This document shows positions 52,845 through 53,423 of a stretch of DNA of 53,423 nucleotides, one piece after another (the first letter of the stretch is position 1; each line of letters starts with the position of its first letter). The position numbers and the translations under genes were made by a program. This DNA is from Lenisia limosa (Eukaryota > Protista > Breviatea). The notes below the pieces were generated by a model, which was given only the letters and a program-made list of their open reading frames with translations, was not told the origin of the DNA and did no database searches. The stretch lies in assembly GCA_001655205.1 (NCBI GenBank), contig LPNZ01010302.1:1-53423 (forward strand). Direction: 5' to 3'.

Positions 52845-52956
52845 TGCCCAGAGTGGGGCTCGAACCCACGGCTTTTCGCTGGCTTATCAGAATCCATTGA
52901 AGGATTTCTTTCTCAAGAATATGAGACGAACACTCTACCGACTGAGTTATCCAGGC
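52845..52956 (-). tRNA. tRNA-Met (CAT), elongator type, with a 39-nt intron (52881-52919)
   Basis: GCCTGGA/TCTGGGC acceptor stem, D-arm ACTCAGTCGGTAGAGT, anticodon stem TTCGT/GCGAA with CT-CAT-A|intron|A, T-arm GTGGG-TTCGAGC-CCCAC. Mature length 73 nt. G1:C72 and TTCG exclude the initiator. Confidence 0.95.
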
Positions 52957-53009
52957 GTATAAATATAATACTTTGAATTTATTTCCGATACTAGTTTTTT
53001 GTTTTGTTT

Positions 53010-53026
53010 TTTGGCGCGCGCGCAAA
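53010..53026. promoter_or_regulatory. E2F-like motif TTTGGCGC within tttggcgcgcgcgcaaa upstream of the tRNA-SMIM8-STN1 cluster
   Basis: Consensus match only. Confidence 0.3.
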
Positions 53027-53423
53027 TTTTTCGTGTAATCAGTCCAAATGGCTTTTTTCCAGAGTATCAAAAAAGCTAATAATGCCCACTCTCTTTCTCT
53101 TATTATTTGTCTCTCACTCCTACTCCTATAATGGCTCGCGCGGGTTGAAGCACGCTGAGGTGTATGGGTGCTGTTACAAGGGTCAAATAGATGCTGTTAT
53201 GGTTACAACCATGGTTGGTATTGAGGTTATGGGTTGGTATGGGTAGGTGTCTGTCTTGATGGGTGTTTTCCCCGTGTTCCTTGGATGTTTGTTCTTTGTC
53301 CCCCCCCCCACCCACCCAAAAAAAAAATTAATATATGGATTGATTGATGCCCACCTTAAAAATACAAGGTTGTATATATTCAGATACTATTGGCATAGCT
53401 AGGGGTAATTAATTATCGGCACT

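Noticed and set aside
365-53315. Most entries in the supplied six-frame ORF track
   Set aside because: They run through introns or N-gaps, or are antisense shadows of real exons; they are not independent genes.
53004-53315. Short ORFs at the window end as a gene start
   Set aside because: No recognisable motif or consistent exon chain before the window ends.

Overview
Eukaryotic, intron-rich genomic DNA (GT-AG introns, CTRAC/CTRAT-type branch points, 11 N-gaps). Most supplied six-frame ORFs are intron-spanning or antisense artefacts. Bases 1-1179 hold the 3' end of an unidentified Pro/Ser-rich gene. Bases 1835-45819 appear to be ONE giant gene with well over 100 introns, encoding a type-I membrane protein of roughly 6,000-8,000 aa (eyeball estimate). 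Its order is: signal peptide; GLUG-like beta-helix modules (five recognisable); a sushi/CCP cluster; an unrecognised Cys-containing region; about 20 more sushi domains; FN3; Ig/cadherin-like and REJ/PKD-like region; GPS-like and myxobacterial-type Cys-rich segments; TM helix; a tail with heptad repeats and a C-terminal EVVV. Its two longest introns each contain a separate phase-consistent spliced reading frame, one antisense and one sense. Many of its splice junctions have been tandemly duplicated. Bases 46.2-53 kb are a very compact cluster: an unknown minus-strand gene head-to-head with AASDH/ACSF4, then (minus strand) intron-containing tRNA-Met(CAT), a SMIM8-like gene and STN1. The SMIM8-like stop and the STN1 start are separated by a single base. 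The organism is not determinable; a unicellular eukaryote, possibly holozoan, is my inference. All exon models were traced by hand and no searches were run.
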